DNA of 62,571 nucleotides, filler included. It is 6 parts of 6 records of this genome, joined end to end, with 100 filler letters (N's around TTAATTAATTAA, not from the genome) between each part and the next. Parts side by side here need not be neighbours in the genome. Positions count along the whole stretch, not along the records: positions 25,320 to 33,710 come from DRR723986_20369; positions 33,811 to 42,835 come from DRR723986_20373; 4 more parts are not named here. The stretch is one strand, 5' to 3'. Position 1 is the stretch's first letter. The number at the start of each line of letters is the position of its first letter. Position numbers and translations under genes: made by a program. The notes beneath the pieces are model-generated. The model did not search any database, was not told the origin of the DNA, and saw only the letters and a program-made list of their open reading frames with translations. This document shows, one piece after another, positions 29,064 through 39,695 of the stretch.

Positions 29064-29867
29064 ATGCGAGATTGGGATGACGCCTTTGCCAATATGGCGC
29101 ATGTTGCAGGATCTGACGCGCTGCCCGGATTCTGGGCAGCGCGCGCCGCTGACTATCGCGCCTCTGCTGCACGCATTGAAACCGATATCGCCTATGGCGG
29201 TGCCGAACGGGAAAGTCTTGATATCATCTGGCCAGACGCTCCGCCCAAAGGGTTGGCAGTCTTTGTGCACGGGGGGTACTGGATGCGGCTCGACAAATCC
29301 TATTGGAGCGATCTGGCTGAAGGGGCGCGTGCGCGCGGCTGGGCGGTCTGTATCCCCAGCTATACGCTCACACCTCAAGCCCGAATAAGCGACATAACGC
29401 GCCAAATTGGTGCCGCCATAACAAAGGCCGCTACTCTCATTGACGGGCCTATCCACCTGTCAGGTCATTCCGCAGGGGGCCACCTTGTGACCCGTATGCT
29501 GTGCGAAAATGCGCCGCTTGGCCACGCTGTGAAAGATCGGATTGCCCATACCCTTGCCATAAGCGGTTTATTTGACCTCCGCCCGCTCATGCACACAGCG
29601 ATGAACGACACGTTGCATCTGGACGCCGCCGAAGCCGCCGCAGAAAGTCCCGCACTTCTCCCCGCCCAAACCCAATCCACACTGACTCTCTGGGTTGGCG
29701 ACAACGAGCGGCCAGAGTTCATTCGCCAATCCCGCCTGATGGCATTAATGTGGGAAAGCTTTGAAATCGCCACCAAGGTTCAATTGGATCAGGGGCACAA
29801 CCACTTCACCATTTTAGAAGGGTTGAAATCTCCCGATTCAGCGATCACACAGGCTTGGGTCGGATAG
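29064..29867 (+). CDS. Alpha/beta hydrolase (arylformamidase / esterase-like)
   Basis: HGGYW oxyanion motif, GHSAGGH nucleophile and HNHF catalytic His, with an AGGAG RBS. Confidence 0.9.
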   Translation: MRDWDDAFANMAHVAGSDALPGFWAARAADYRASAARIETDIAYGGAERESLDIIWPDAPPKGLAVFVHGGYWMRLDKSYWSDLAEGARARGWAVCIPSYTLTPQARISDITRQIGAAITKAATLIDGPIHLSGHSAGGHLVTRMLCENAPLGHAVKDRIAHTLAISGLFDLRPLMHTAMNDTLHLDAAEAAAESPALLPAQTQSTLTLWVGDNERPEFIRQSRLMALMWESFEIATKVQLDQGHNHFTILEGLKSPDSAITQAWVG

Positions 29868-29922
29868 CGCGTACGCTTTCGCGCATCAGTGACCCAGACG
29901 ATGTCACCAATCGGAGCCTTTC

Positions 29923-30315
29923 ATGCTGCGTCTTACACTTGCCCTCGCGCTCTTTTCCCTGCCGCACTGTGGCAAGGATGAAACCCTTGCGTCTTACGGG
30001 GCCGCAGGGGCGACATGGCAATTACAGAGCCTCAACGACCAACCTCTTGGCGCGCCAGTGACACTGCAGATCGCAGAAGACGGCAAAATCAGCGGCGTTG
30101 CTCCGTGTAATTCATACACGGCAACAGTCAGCGTGCCCTACCCGTGGTTTGAAATCAAAGACCTGACCGCGACCCGAGCGAGCTGCGCATTGTTAGAGGC
30201 CGAAGGCACCTATTTCGCCGCCCTTATCGCCATGACCCAATCCGAAGTGTCAGGGGACACGCTAGTCCTACGCACGGATGCAGGGAACGAAATGGTTTTC
30301 AAAGCTGCCGAGTAA
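29923..30315 (+). CDS. META domain (HslJ-like) exported protein
   Basis: Signal peptide ending in Cys, plus W.L.SL, G.APCNSY and T.ASC motifs. Confidence 0.85.
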   Translation: MLRLTLALALFSLPHCGKDETLASYGAAGATWQLQSLNDQPLGAPVTLQIAEDGKISGVAPCNSYTATVSVPYPWFEIKDLTATRASCALLEAEGTYFAALIAMTQSEVSGDTLVLRTDAGNEMVFKAAE

Positions 30316-31024
30316 ACGTTTCGATAAATCGGGCGCGTGCCGTGGGCAATGGCTTGTGCCCCAATGCCGGAGCCAGACGGTTTTCTAAGAAAAACCCGGT
30401 CGTATTCAACGCTAATGCAATTTCGTCATCGGGGGCGTCCCCCTCTCCACGCAGGCATGGCGGCAAGGGCAGCATTCGATCAGCCCACTCTCCAGCCCCC
30501 GGTTTTGACACAGCACGCCCAGATTTCGGCGACACAAAAACCAACCCTTTGGTCGCGCCGGTGACTGCACAACACGACAAATCCAAACCAAAGCCAAGCT
30601 CTTCGAGCAGCGCCATTTCCCAATTGAGATAAGCCAGCGGCCAGATCATGTCTTGTCCCAACAAATCCATGAGTTGTTCGGTTTGTTTATACAGGGCAGG
30701 ATATACCTCACGCTCTGGCAAGCCAAAGCTCACCAAACTGGTGACCGCGTTCAAACCAGCCAAAGCCAATCGCCCCGAAAATGCGGCAACTGTGCGCGAC
30801 CGAATGGGTTCGACCTGATAGCTGCCCAACTGGCCTTCCAATCGGGCGCGCCACACCAGATCCAACTGGGAACCGGGCTGCAGGATCGGGGCAATCTTTC
30901 GGCTAACGCCGCCACGAACAACCCCTGAGTGACGTCCATGCTCCTGCGTGAACACATCAATGATGACTGATGTTTCCCCGTGGCGCCGTGCCGATAACAA
31001 AACCCCTTGGTCTCGCCACTCCAA
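30299..31024 (-). CDS. recO: DNA repair protein RecO
   Basis: [26 protein letters not shown] and [10 protein letters not shown] motifs; lies in the rnc-era-recO context. Confidence 0.96.
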   Translation of the reverse strand: MEWRDQGVLLSARRHGETSVIIDVFTQEHGRHSGVVRGGVSRKIAPILQPGSQLDLVWRARLEGQLGSYQVEPIRSRTVAAFSGRLALAGLNAVTSLVSFGLPEREVYPALYKQTEQLMDLLGQDMIWPLAYLNWEMALLEELGFGLDLSCCAVTGATKGLVFVSPKSGRAVSKPGAGEWADRMLPLPPCLRGEGDAPDDEIALALNTTGFFLENRLAPALGHKPLPTARARFIETFTRQL

Positions 31025-31117
31025 TTCGCTCTCTCCCGTGCTGCCCCTTTGACAAAGCTTAATTTTGCCAAACGCGCAACATCATAGCCCAACCTGAACT
31101 GGCGGATTGGAACAGCG

Positions 31118-31447
31118 TTATTCCAATCCTTCTTCACCTAACAAATGACGCCCTTGGCGATCTTCGACCTCGATCACCCAAAGGTCGGGGTCAAAACCGC
31201 GCTGCCGTTGAATAGCATCATCCACAGTACGTTCTTCGCCTGAGGCAAGATCAGCCCACGTTCGATCCCCGCTCATCAGGTCATAGCTGCGATGAAAGGC
31301 AGTGGCCTTCCCATCAAGCGTGTTCAGTTTAACCAAAACAGCACCGGCCGTGTCGTCCCCATGGGCGACGACAAAAGCCGGAATTTCCTGAAACCTAAGA
31401 CGTGCCAGATAGGCTTGAACCCAAAATTCAGCCGTGAGCCGGGTCAT
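31118..31447 (-). CDS. DUF1491 family protein
   Basis: RL.AEFWV.AY, GDDTAGAVLVK and FDPDLWVIEVED motifs; lies between era and recO. Confidence 0.9.
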   Translation of the reverse strand: MTRLTAEFWVQAYLARLRFQEIPAFVVAHGDDTAGAVLVKLNTLDGKATAFHRSYDLMSGDRTWADLASGEERTVDDAIQRQRGFDPDLWVIEVEDRQGRHLLGEEGLE

Positions 31448-32352
31448 GCGTTCCCGTCTTTGAATTCCAATCCCATTTCGGAATACCGCTCGGCCTCATC
31501 CAGCCAGTTTGGCCGCACTTTGACCTGCAAGAACAGATGCACCTTGCGGCCCAAAAATTCCTCAAGCTCGGCGCGGGCCGCTTGACCAACAGCCTTGATA
31601 GTCTCGCCCTTTTTGCCCAGCAGGATACCCTTGTGGCCATCCCGCACGACATAGACGATCTGATCAATCTTGGCCGACCCGTCTTTGCGATCTTCCCAGT
31701 TCTCAGTTTCCACCGTCAACTGATAGGGAAGCTCCTGATGCAAACGCAGGGTCAATTTTTCACGTGTCATTTCGGCTGCAATCATCCGCATCGGAAGATC
31801 GGCAATCTGATCCTCGGGATAGAGCCAAGGGCCTTCTGGGACTTTCTCAGCCAGCCAAGTCCGCAGGTCATCAACCCCGTGCCCCCGCTCTGCTGAAATC
31901 ATAAAGGTTTCTGCAAAATTGTAGCGCGTGTTCAGGTCTTGGGTCAGGCTCAGCAAAACTTCGCTTTGCACCCGATCAATCTTGTTGATGGCCAACGCAA
32001 CTGTGCGCCCTTCGCCAATCTCTGCCAGACCTTCAAGGATGCGTTCAACACCTTCGGTGATGCCGCGGTGGGCTTCGATCATCAACACGACGACGTCCGC
32101 ATCCGCAGCGCCGCCCCAAGCCGCAGCAACCATCGCACGATCCAACCGACGACGCGGCTGGAACAGACCCGGCGTGTCAACAAAGACCAACTGTGCGTCA
32201 CCCTCCATCGCAACACCGCGAATACGTGCGCGTGTCGTTTGCACTTTGTGCGTTACGATTGATACCTTTGCCCCAACCATACGGTTCAACAAGGTTGATT
32301 TTCCTGCGTTGGGTTCGCCAATCAAGGCGATAAATCCGGCGCGCGTGTTCAT
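31444..32352 (-). CDS. era: GTPase Era
   Basis: [19 protein letters not shown] and NKID motifs plus a KH domain. Confidence 0.98.
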   Translation of the reverse strand: MNTRAGFIALIGEPNAGKSTLLNRMVGAKVSIVTHKVQTTRARIRGVAMEGDAQLVFVDTPGLFQPRRRLDRAMVAAAWGGAADADVVVLMIEAHRGITEGVERILEGLAEIGEGRTVALAINKIDRVQSEVLLSLTQDLNTRYNFAETFMISAERGHGVDDLRTWLAEKVPEGPWLYPEDQIADLPMRMIAAEMTREKLTLRLHQELPYQLTVETENWEDRKDGSAKIDQIVYVVRDGHKGILLGKKGETIKAVGQAARAELEEFLGRKVHLFLQVKVRPNWLDEAERYSEMGLEFKDGNA

Positions 32353-33035
32353 GCGTTTTGCTCCAATTGGGCTAGCAGAGCAGCAGCAGCGGCTTGTTCA
32401 GCCTGCCGTTTCGCCCCAGCGGTAGATTGCGCTTCGGTCCCGTCCTGCAAACGCGCGGCGATGGTAAACACCGGCGCGTGATCAGGGCCGCTACGCGACA
32501 GTTGTACATAAGTTGGTGGTTTTTGGCCACGGGCCTGCGCCCATTCCTGCAACGCGGTCTTGGCATCGCGTGCATCATCTTCGACGGTGGTCACCCGGTC
32601 CCCCCACAGACGCAGGATCATCGCCTGAGCGACTGCAAACCCTCCGTCCCGGTACACAGCAGCTATGACCGCCTCCATCGCATCGCCCAGCAGGGCTTGT
32701 TTGCGCCGCCCGCCGGACATCATTTCCGACCGGCCAAGTTTCAACACAGCGCCCAGATCAATCTGGCGCGCCACATCGGCACAGGCTTCTTTGCGCACCA
32801 ACGCATTGAACCGAGGCGCCAATAGCCCCTCAGACGCGCCTTTGTCATGATCTAGCAATGCTTCGGCCATCACGAGCCCAAGCACACGATCACCCAAGAA
32901 CTCCAGCCGCTGATTGTCGCCCCGTGTTGGCGAGGAAATTGAACCATGCGTCAGGGCACGAACCAACAAATCGGGCTGAGAAAACTCATACCCGATCCGT
33001 GTTTGGAACGCTTTTAGATCTGCGGAAACTTTCAC
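32349..33035 (-). CDS. rnc: Ribonuclease III
   Basis: [13 protein letters not shown] signature and a dsRBD (KTALQEWAQ...GPDHAP). Confidence 0.98.
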   Translation of the reverse strand: MKVSADLKAFQTRIGYEFSQPDLLVRALTHGSISSPTRGDNQRLEFLGDRVLGLVMAEALLDHDKGASEGLLAPRFNALVRKEACADVARQIDLGAVLKLGRSEMMSGGRRKQALLGDAMEAVIAAVYRDGGFAVAQAMILRLWGDRVTTVEDDARDAKTALQEWAQARGQKPPTYVQLSRSGPDHAPVFTIAARLQDGTEAQSTAGAKRQAEQAAAAALLAQLEQNA

Positions 33036-33709
33036 TAGACCCCCTTAAAGAAACGGTCGCTGCGCCATGTCCAGAAGAACAGCATGGACCGCCCTGCAGA
33101 CGAGAACATAACACGATCCGCACGGCCAATCAGATTTTCAAACGGAACAAACCCAACACCACCCGCGGACTGCGGCAAGCGGCTGTCGCTCGAATTGTCA
33201 CGGTTGTCACCCATAAAGAAGTAGTGCCCGGCCGGCACAGAATAGATCCCAGTATGATCCGACGACTGGTTTCCGATATTCAAAATGCTGTGCGACACGC
33301 CGTTTGGCAGAGTTTCGATTTGGCGGGATTTCTCGCAGATGCCGCCCAGCCCAACAGGGCCGTTTTCACAGCGCGGGGGCGAGCCTTGCGGACCCTGCGG
33401 CTCAGCAATTTCTTCGAACACACCGTCTGGTTTCAGTTCGACCGGTGTTCCATTGATGATGACCACCCCATTTTTGACCTGAATCTTATCACCGGGAAGG
33501 CCAATCAAGCGCTTGATGTAGTCGCGCCCTGAAACGGGGTGCCGAAAGACAACCACATCGCCGCGCTCAGGGTCACCGCCCCAAATGCGTTCGTTGTCAC
33601 CTTTGGCCCAGCCACACACATCCTCGGCATCCACGTTGATTCCGATACCCGGCAAATTCAGACTGGGACAGGACGCGTAGGAATAGCCATAGGCCATCTT
33701 GTTGACGAA
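33035..33709 (-). CDS. lepB: Signal peptidase I, 3' part (5' truncated by contig edge)
   Basis: [26 protein letters not shown] and [12 protein letters not shown] motifs. Confidence 0.95.
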   Translation of the reverse strand, partial: FVNKMAYGYSYASCPSLNLPGIGINVDAEDVCGWAKGDNERIWGGDPERGDVVVFRHPVSGRDYIKRLIGLPGDKIQVKNGVVIINGTPVELKPDGVFEEIAEPQGPQGSPPRCENGPVGLGGICEKSRQIETLPNGVSHSILNIGNQSSDHTGIYSVPAGHYFFMGDNRDNSSDSRLPQSAGGVGFVPFENLIGRADRVMFSSAGRSMLFFWTWRSDRFFKGV

Positions 33710-34328
33710 CNNNNNNNNNNNNNNNNNNNNNNNNNNNNNNNNNNNNNNNNNNNNTTAATTAATTAANNNNNNNNNNNNNNNNNNNNNNNNNNNNNNNNNN
33801 NNNNNNNNNNAATATACACATTAGTGTTAACACGCCCTAATTATCGACCTATTAAGTGTTAGGCATTTTGAGTTAAACAAGCCTGTTACATACGCGCCAC
33901 CTTCATGGAAGCGTAAAAGTTCTTTTTGCCGAAGTCTGGAATGAGAACCTATTAGTCAACTATGCCGCACCGGGCGTTTATGTTTGTGTCTGGAAAGAGG
34001 GGCGCAAACTTAGTCTATATTCTAAAATGAAATGATGATGTTTTGTCGCGTTAGTTAGAGCGTTTTCGTTTGTCGTTAATCCACCGGGGCTCTACTTCTT
34101 ACGAGTCTCTTCGCCAAATCGTTTTACTGTTTGAAATGTCTTGTTACAGCGTCAAACTGCTGTTGATGCCGAATATCCGCCTGCAGGCACAAACCGGCAG
34201 GCGGACTGACTTTTAACGTGAGTGTTTGGCGGTGATGCTTGGAGTGGCGCATTAGCCGGCAGAACTTTGCCATGGCAACGTTGAGCTGGGGAATAGCGGC
34301 AATCGGGCAACGGTTAGCTCGCTGCCTG

Positions 34329-35186
34329 TCACATTCTCAGAAACTCTGCTTTAACTCGTGCCTGCAGTTTTTTACCGTCTGGGTCAAGGCCTGTTTTTAG
34401 GGAAGAAAAGTCTTCACTCCATTCTGATGTGCGCGTGCGGATCGGTGGTTCGGGATTGTTTAAACATTTCATCACAACTTCGGCGACTTCATCGGCTGTT
34501 TGAAAAAGTCCGTCACCTGCGCGGCTTTGTGCACTTTGAATGTAATTCTGCAAGATTGGCAGATATTCGTCTTCGAGCATGCCGCCGGTCTCGGCGACGT
34601 TTTTCATCACATTATTGGCGAATTCGGACTGGATGCCACCGGGTTCAACCGTTGTGAAGTGTAAACCAAATGCTGGGCCGACGTAGGAAGCCAGCGACTC
34701 CATGTAACCTTCGACGGCGAATTTGGCCGCACAGTAGATTTCGTTAAACGGTTGACCAACCAGACCACCTACGGATGAAATGGTGATGACATGTCCTTTG
34801 CGATTCTGACGCATCGATGGCAGCGCGGCTTTGGTACAGCGCACAACTCCCATGAAGTTAACATCCATGACCCAATTGATTTCGTCCTCGCCGGCTTGTT
34901 CGGTGGAACGTACAAATCCGGCACCGGCATTGTTGATTAACACATCCAGATGGCCTTCGCGTTCAATCACGTGGGCAACTGCGGCTTCTACGCTTGCCGT
35001 GTCCTGGACATCGAGCTGCAACACTTCCAGCGATACTCCGGCATCTGCGGCGGCTTTGTCGAGCATCTCGCGTTTTTGCAGGTTGCGCATTGTAGCATAA
35101 ACGCGATTGTTCTGTTTGGCCGCCTGGACTGCAATGCTGATGCCAAGGCCGCTCGACGTGCCGGTTATGAGGATGGATTTTGACAT
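34329..35186 (-). CDS. Short-chain dehydrogenase/reductase
   Basis: TGTSSGLG, NNAG and YCAAK motifs. Confidence 0.95.
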   Translation of the reverse strand: MSKSILITGTSSGLGISIAVQAAKQNNRVYATMRNLQKREMLDKAAADAGVSLEVLQLDVQDTASVEAAVAHVIEREGHLDVLINNAGAGFVRSTEQAGEDEINWVMDVNFMGVVRCTKAALPSMRQNRKGHVITISSVGGLVGQPFNEIYCAAKFAVEGYMESLASYVGPAFGLHFTTVEPGGIQSEFANNVMKNVAETGGMLEDEYLPILQNYIQSAQSRAGDGLFQTADEVAEVVMKCLNNPEPPIRTRTSEWSEDFSSLKTGLDPDGKKLQARVKAEFLRM

Positions 35187-35207
35187 GATGATTCCTTCAA
35201 ATTAAAC

Positions 35208-35227
35208 ATGACTGACTAATCAGTCAT
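35208..35227. promoter_or_regulatory. Putative TetR operator
   Basis: Perfect inverted repeat ATGACTGA-ctaa-TCAGTCAT, 21 bp upstream of the SDR start and just after the TetR gene. Confidence 0.7.
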
Positions 35228-35244
35228 AAATATACGAAAAAAAA

Positions 35245-35808
35245 TTATGCCCTGATGCCGTCCCAGAAAATTCTAAAGCTGGTATGGATGTGCTTGTTCA
35301 ATTTTGCGCCTTTTAACTTGTTTTCCTCGGTATACATTATGGTTGCGAGCAGCTGGGCAGCAAAGACGCGATTTAAGTAGTCAGTAGGCACATTTTTGAC
35401 CAGGCCTTGGGAAATGGCAGCGTGCAGAGTGGAGTGTATCAGACTGAAGAGTTCATCCGCTGTTTTGGCAGCGGCTTCCGTGATCAGGTTTGACATTTTT
35501 AAGAGTGTACCAACGCGCTGGCTGAGGGGATTTTTGACGGCCCAGTGAGTGTAGCTTTTCCAGAGGTGGAGCAGAAGTGTTTCAAGCTCAATGTCTGCAT
35601 CAACACCATCAAGAACGTGGAGCGCAATTTCGTTTTTTATCGAGAGGTAAACTGCGTCGATCAGGTCTTGTTTGGTGGGGAAGTGGTTAAACAGGGTGCC
35701 GTTGGAACACTCAGCTTCTTTGGCGACTTTAGCTGTCGGCACAGCCAGACCGTCTTTGGCAAACAGGCGAATTGCAGCTGCAACAATTTGGTCTTTACGG
35801 TCTGGCAT
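35245..35808 (-). CDS. TetR/AcrR family regulator
   Basis: HTH pattern IVAAAIRLF...TAKVAKEAECSNGTLFNHFPTKQDL. Confidence 0.93.
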   Translation of the reverse strand: MPDRKDQIVAAAIRLFAKDGLAVPTAKVAKEAECSNGTLFNHFPTKQDLIDAVYLSIKNEIALHVLDGVDADIELETLLLHLWKSYTHWAVKNPLSQRVGTLLKMSNLITEAAAKTADELFSLIHSTLHAAISQGLVKNVPTDYLNRVFAAQLLATIMYTEENKLKGAKLNKHIHTSFRIFWDGIRA

Positions 35809-35953
35809 GAATCAATTAATTGTGTCTAAAAGTTCAGAGAAAGTTGGTTGAGCAACAATGTAAGAAATTCAAATAATCTCACACACACTTGTTAAATGTT
35901 GTCCACTGCGCAAGAGTGCAAGTACATGACCGATCTGCGAAGCAAGTTTTGTA

Positions 35954-37207
35954 TTAGGGCGTTTTATACCGAATACTAATCTCAGAATTGTCAACGCAAT
36001 GATTAGAAAGAAAAGTCTGCTCAACAAATTGAGCATTCGGCTCTTTGGATTCACGCTGCCGGCCTGAAAACTCCGTCCGTGCATTTTGGCAGAGTTCATC
36101 ATCTTCAATAATAAGCCTGTCCCCAGACTGTGACATCGCATTCGGATCAATCGTTACTTTAAGAAAATATGAAGCGTACTCAACAGGTGCTTCCCCAGTA
36201 GAATATTCAATAGTTGTATTAGTGTTATTCTCGTAAACAATTGAACTGAGCTGGTTTTCCGTACCTTCAAACACAAAATGTACATTTACATTATGCTTGT
36301 CGGTCAGTCCGTCTTGGCGAGGTTGCTCAAAGGAGTCGCTAATTGTGACGGTGTTGATTTCTGGCCGGTACACAAATTCTCCATTGCCACTGCGAGGGTT
36401 GACACCAAAAGTCCCTTGCTGCCAGACTTTAGCTGGATTTGCATTCTGCTCGGGATTCTCACTGATATTGATGGCGAAATTATATATCACAAAGTAGAAG
36501 TTATCTCCACAAGCATTTTTAGGGCTGAGTGGTTCGGGGAAAGTGTGTAAGTGTACTCGCGGCAGTAAAGGGTCAGTGGGGCTGTCTGAGACCCTGATTA
36601 CTCCGTCTCCAATTGGTCTGGTATGCACAAAAACTATCTCAGTAGGAGACACCTCCAATGTAATTTGAATGCTGGATCCTATTGCAATTGTGGGCCAACC
36701 GAGGACATCAAAATTTTGGCCCTTAATGGTAATCGGTTCATTACGACAGGCATCCAGCGGCTCAATCGACTCAAAAATTACCTTGCTGTATTTGTCTTCT
36801 TCATCGTCGCACTCTGTGTCAAACTCATATACTAAAACTCCTGTATTTAAGGCTTTAGAATGTGTGACTTCGACGGTGCCGTTAGTAAGTTCATCTGGAA
36901 TAATCGCAGTCAAAAGATTTTCAGTCGCCGTTAACACCTCAGTTGTATGACCGGAAATTTTCAAGTTGATTTCGGATGGTACAGTCGTGAAGTTACGACC
37001 ATAGATAGTAATTGGTTGGCCACCACAGAGAATGGGTTGGTCAATTGAATCAAGTACGATTTCTACTTTTGGATCTTCTGATTCCTGTGGCACCTCGGTT
37101 GGCTTAACACTATCGTCATCTTCGCATGCTGAGATGGTGCAAATAAAAATCATTGCGGCTAACGCAATCGAATATTTCTTGCTCAATTGTACATTTTGAC
37201 CAACCAT
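35954..37207 (-). CDS. Lipoprotein with two IPT/TIG-like domains
   Basis: Lipobox ISA-C(EDDD), with repeats 'SIDQP...ITIYGRNF' and 'SIEP...ITIKGQNF'. Confidence 0.75.
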   Translation of the reverse strand: MVGQNVQLSKKYSIALAAMIFICTISACEDDDSVKPTEVPQESEDPKVEIVLDSIDQPILCGGQPITIYGRNFTTVPSEINLKISGHTTEVLTATENLLTAIIPDELTNGTVEVTHSKALNTGVLVYEFDTECDDEEDKYSKVIFESIEPLDACRNEPITIKGQNFDVLGWPTIAIGSSIQITLEVSPTEIVFVHTRPIGDGVIRVSDSPTDPLLPRVHLHTFPEPLSPKNACGDNFYFVIYNFAINISENPEQNANPAKVWQQGTFGVNPRSGNGEFVYRPEINTVTISDSFEQPRQDGLTDKHNVNVHFVFEGTENQLSSIVYENNTNTTIEYSTGEAPVEYASYFLKVTIDPNAMSQSGDRLIIEDDELCQNARTEFSGRQRESKEPNAQFVEQTFLSNHCVDNSEISIRYKTP

Positions 37208-37244
37208 AAAATTCGGCCCATATTATGCTGATTCTGACTAGAGC

Positions 37245-39581
37245 TTAGCGCTTGCCGCGTCCCTTGGACTTGCCTTTTTTGCGGCCACCGGAATGGCGTT
37301 TACTGCCGCCGCTACCACCGCGACCATAGCGTTTACTACCTGCACTGCCGCCACCGCTTCCGCCGCTTTTACGGCCTTCGCGTTTTTCCACCTGCGCCAG
37401 CAGTTTGCGGGCTTCATCCATATCTACTTCGGCTTCGGCATCAGCAGGAATACCTTTGTATGTGAAGTCGATTTCGCGCTTTTCAACGTTAACACGTGCT
37501 ATTTGAATCCGCATGCGCGTACCGATGCGGTAGATGCGGCCGCGACGTTTGCCAATCAGTGAAAAACGGCGTTCATCAAAGAAGTAGAAGTCGTCGTCCA
37601 GATCGCGAACGCGCAGCAGGCCTTCGGCGTAAATGTCATCGATCATCACAAACAGGCCAAAGTTTGTGACGCCGGTGACCGTGCCATCAAAGACTTCACC
37701 AATTCGGCTCTGTGCGATTGCCACCTGCGTTAACTTTATCGAAGCACGCTCGGCCAGAACAGCCGTTTGCTCGCGGGCACTGCACTGGTCTGAGACCAGG
37801 TCCATGACTTCATACAGCCGGCCCAGTCGGTCGTTATCCGGAATGCCGACGGCATACTCTTTTAACAGCCGGTGCGCAATCAAATCAGCGTAGCGCCGAA
37901 TCGGCGACGTGAAGTGCGAATAGTCAGAAAAACCTAGACCGTAGTGACCAATATTATAATCGGAATAGATGGCTTTGGCCATCGAACGCAACATGATCTG
38001 GTTAATCGCGCTGTACTCGCGGCGGTCTTTACAGGAGCGTATGATCTTGTTAATGTCGCGCGAGTTTAACTTGCCGTTTTGAACGTCTACGCCAAGCGAA
38101 CGGACTAACTCCATCGCATCATTCATTTTTGCAGTATCCGGCTCGTCGTGGACCCTATAGATAAAGGGCAGCAGCCGTGGCTTACGCACCGGGCCGGGGG
38201 ATATCTTCTTCACATGTGTCGCCACTGTCTGATTAGCCAGTAGCATACACTCTTCAACCAGGGAAGTAGCGTCGGTACGACTTTTCAGTTTAGCGGAGAC
38301 GGGCTGCTTGTTTTCGTCCAGGCTAAACTTGATTTCTTTGGTGTCGAAATCGATTCCACCTTTGGCGTAGCGTTTTTTGCGGAGTGTCTCTGCCAGGCCA
38401 TGCAAGCGCTGAATTAACTCAGCGTATTTGTGTTCTTTTTTGCCTTCAATTAACTCTTGCGCCTCTTCATAGCTGAAGCGTTTTTTGCTGCGAATAACCG
38501 TTTCGCGAATCTCGTAGTTTTTGAGTGCGCCGCGCGGCGAAAGGTCCATAAAGACCGAGTAGGCCAGGCGGTTGCGATTGGGCATCAAAGAGCAAATATT
38601 GTTCGAGAGTGTTTCCGGCAGCATCGGAATGACACCGTCTACCAGGTACACGCTGTTGCCGCGTTTAAGGGCTTCCAGATCCAGCTGCGAGTTTTCTTTA
38701 ACGTAATGGCTTACATCGGCGATGTGCACGCCCAGGCGCACAATATTATCGTCCAGCTGCTCCAGCGAAAGCGCGTCATCAAAGTCGCGCGCATCAACCG
38801 GGTCGATCGTAATGATGTCCAGCTCGCGCAAATCAAGCCTGCGCGCTACTTCTTTGGGTGATACGCGCTTGGCGACGACATCGGCTTCAGCAGACACTTC
38901 CGGCGCAAAATTCGGGTTTAGATGAAATTCGCGGGCGATGGACGCAAATTCAACTCCGGCATGACCGGCACGGCCCAGAACTTCCACGATTTCAGCTTCG
39001 GGGCTTTTGAAGGGATCGTCCCAGCGAATTAAACGGCCAACAACTTTATCACCATCACGCGCGTTTTTGAGGCGCTTGGGATGGATCAGGAAGTCGACGT
39101 GGACGTTTTCATCGTCGGGTATCAGAAAGTTAAAATCACTGTTGCAGTCGAGTTTGCCAACGTAGTTGGTGTGGTTGCGTTTGTTAACACGTATAATCTC
39201 GCCGTTGGCTTTGTCATCGCGGTCAAAGGCCTGCAACTTAACGCGAACTTCGTCGCCATGCATGGCCGTCCACAGGTAGGGACGTTTAACATGTACTTTG
39301 GGAAAGTTAACTGAGCTGGTATAAACAACGCCGTTAAAACCATGAATCTCAAGACGCCCGTCAAATGTCGTTTCTGTCTGGCCGGAGAGGCCATAGCGTC
39401 GTCGCGTCGATCGATAAATCAGGCCTTCCTCAACCATCACGTTGAGTGTCTCACGCAGCTGCTGGTATTCTTCGCTGTCTGAAGGCAGGTTTAAGAAGCG
39501 TGAGAGTTCGTTAAGTCGCATTGTTTCAGGGAAACGCTGCTTTAGTTGGGACAGAATGTCCTCGCGCATGCTAGCGCTCAT
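37245..39581 (-). CDS. rnr: Ribonuclease R
   Basis: TIDPVDARDFDDA, HIADV and HFTSPIRRYAD motifs, an S1 domain and a basic C-terminal tail. Confidence 0.96.
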   Translation of the reverse strand: MSASMREDILSQLKQRFPETMRLNELSRFLNLPSDSEEYQQLRETLNVMVEEGLIYRSTRRRYGLSGQTETTFDGRLEIHGFNGVVYTSSVNFPKVHVKRPYLWTAMHGDEVRVKLQAFDRDDKANGEIIRVNKRNHTNYVGKLDCNSDFNFLIPDDENVHVDFLIHPKRLKNARDGDKVVGRLIRWDDPFKSPEAEIVEVLGRAGHAGVEFASIAREFHLNPNFAPEVSAEADVVAKRVSPKEVARRLDLRELDIITIDPVDARDFDDALSLEQLDDNIVRLGVHIADVSHYVKENSQLDLEALKRGNSVYLVDGVIPMLPETLSNNICSLMPNRNRLAYSVFMDLSPRGALKNYEIRETVIRSKKRFSYEEAQELIEGKKEHKYAELIQRLHGLAETLRKKRYAKGGIDFDTKEIKFSLDENKQPVSAKLKSRTDATSLVEECMLLANQTVATHVKKISPGPVRKPRLLPFIYRVHDEPDTAKMNDAMELVRSLGVDVQNGKLNSRDINKIIRSCKDRREYSAINQIMLRSMAKAIYSDYNIGHYGLGFSDYSHFTSPIRRYADLIAHRLLKEYAVGIPDNDRLGRLYEVMDLVSDQCSAREQTAVLAERASIKLTQVAIAQSRIGEVFDGTVTGVTNFGLFVMIDDIYAEGLLRVRDLDDDFYFFDERRFSLIGKRRGRIYRIGTRMRIQIARVNVEKREIDFTYKGIPADAEAEVDMDEARKLLAQVEKREGRKSGGSGGGSAGSKRYGRGGSGGSKRHSGGRKKGKSKGRGKR

Positions 39582-39695
39582 ATAGTAATCCTTTTTTAGG
39601 CAAAAGCGACGGCTGCTGGCTCCCACACGGTTGTACCGTGCTTGTGGTGTCGGGCCGCATGGACATCCGTCGCATCAGTGTATTATGCACAGTCA

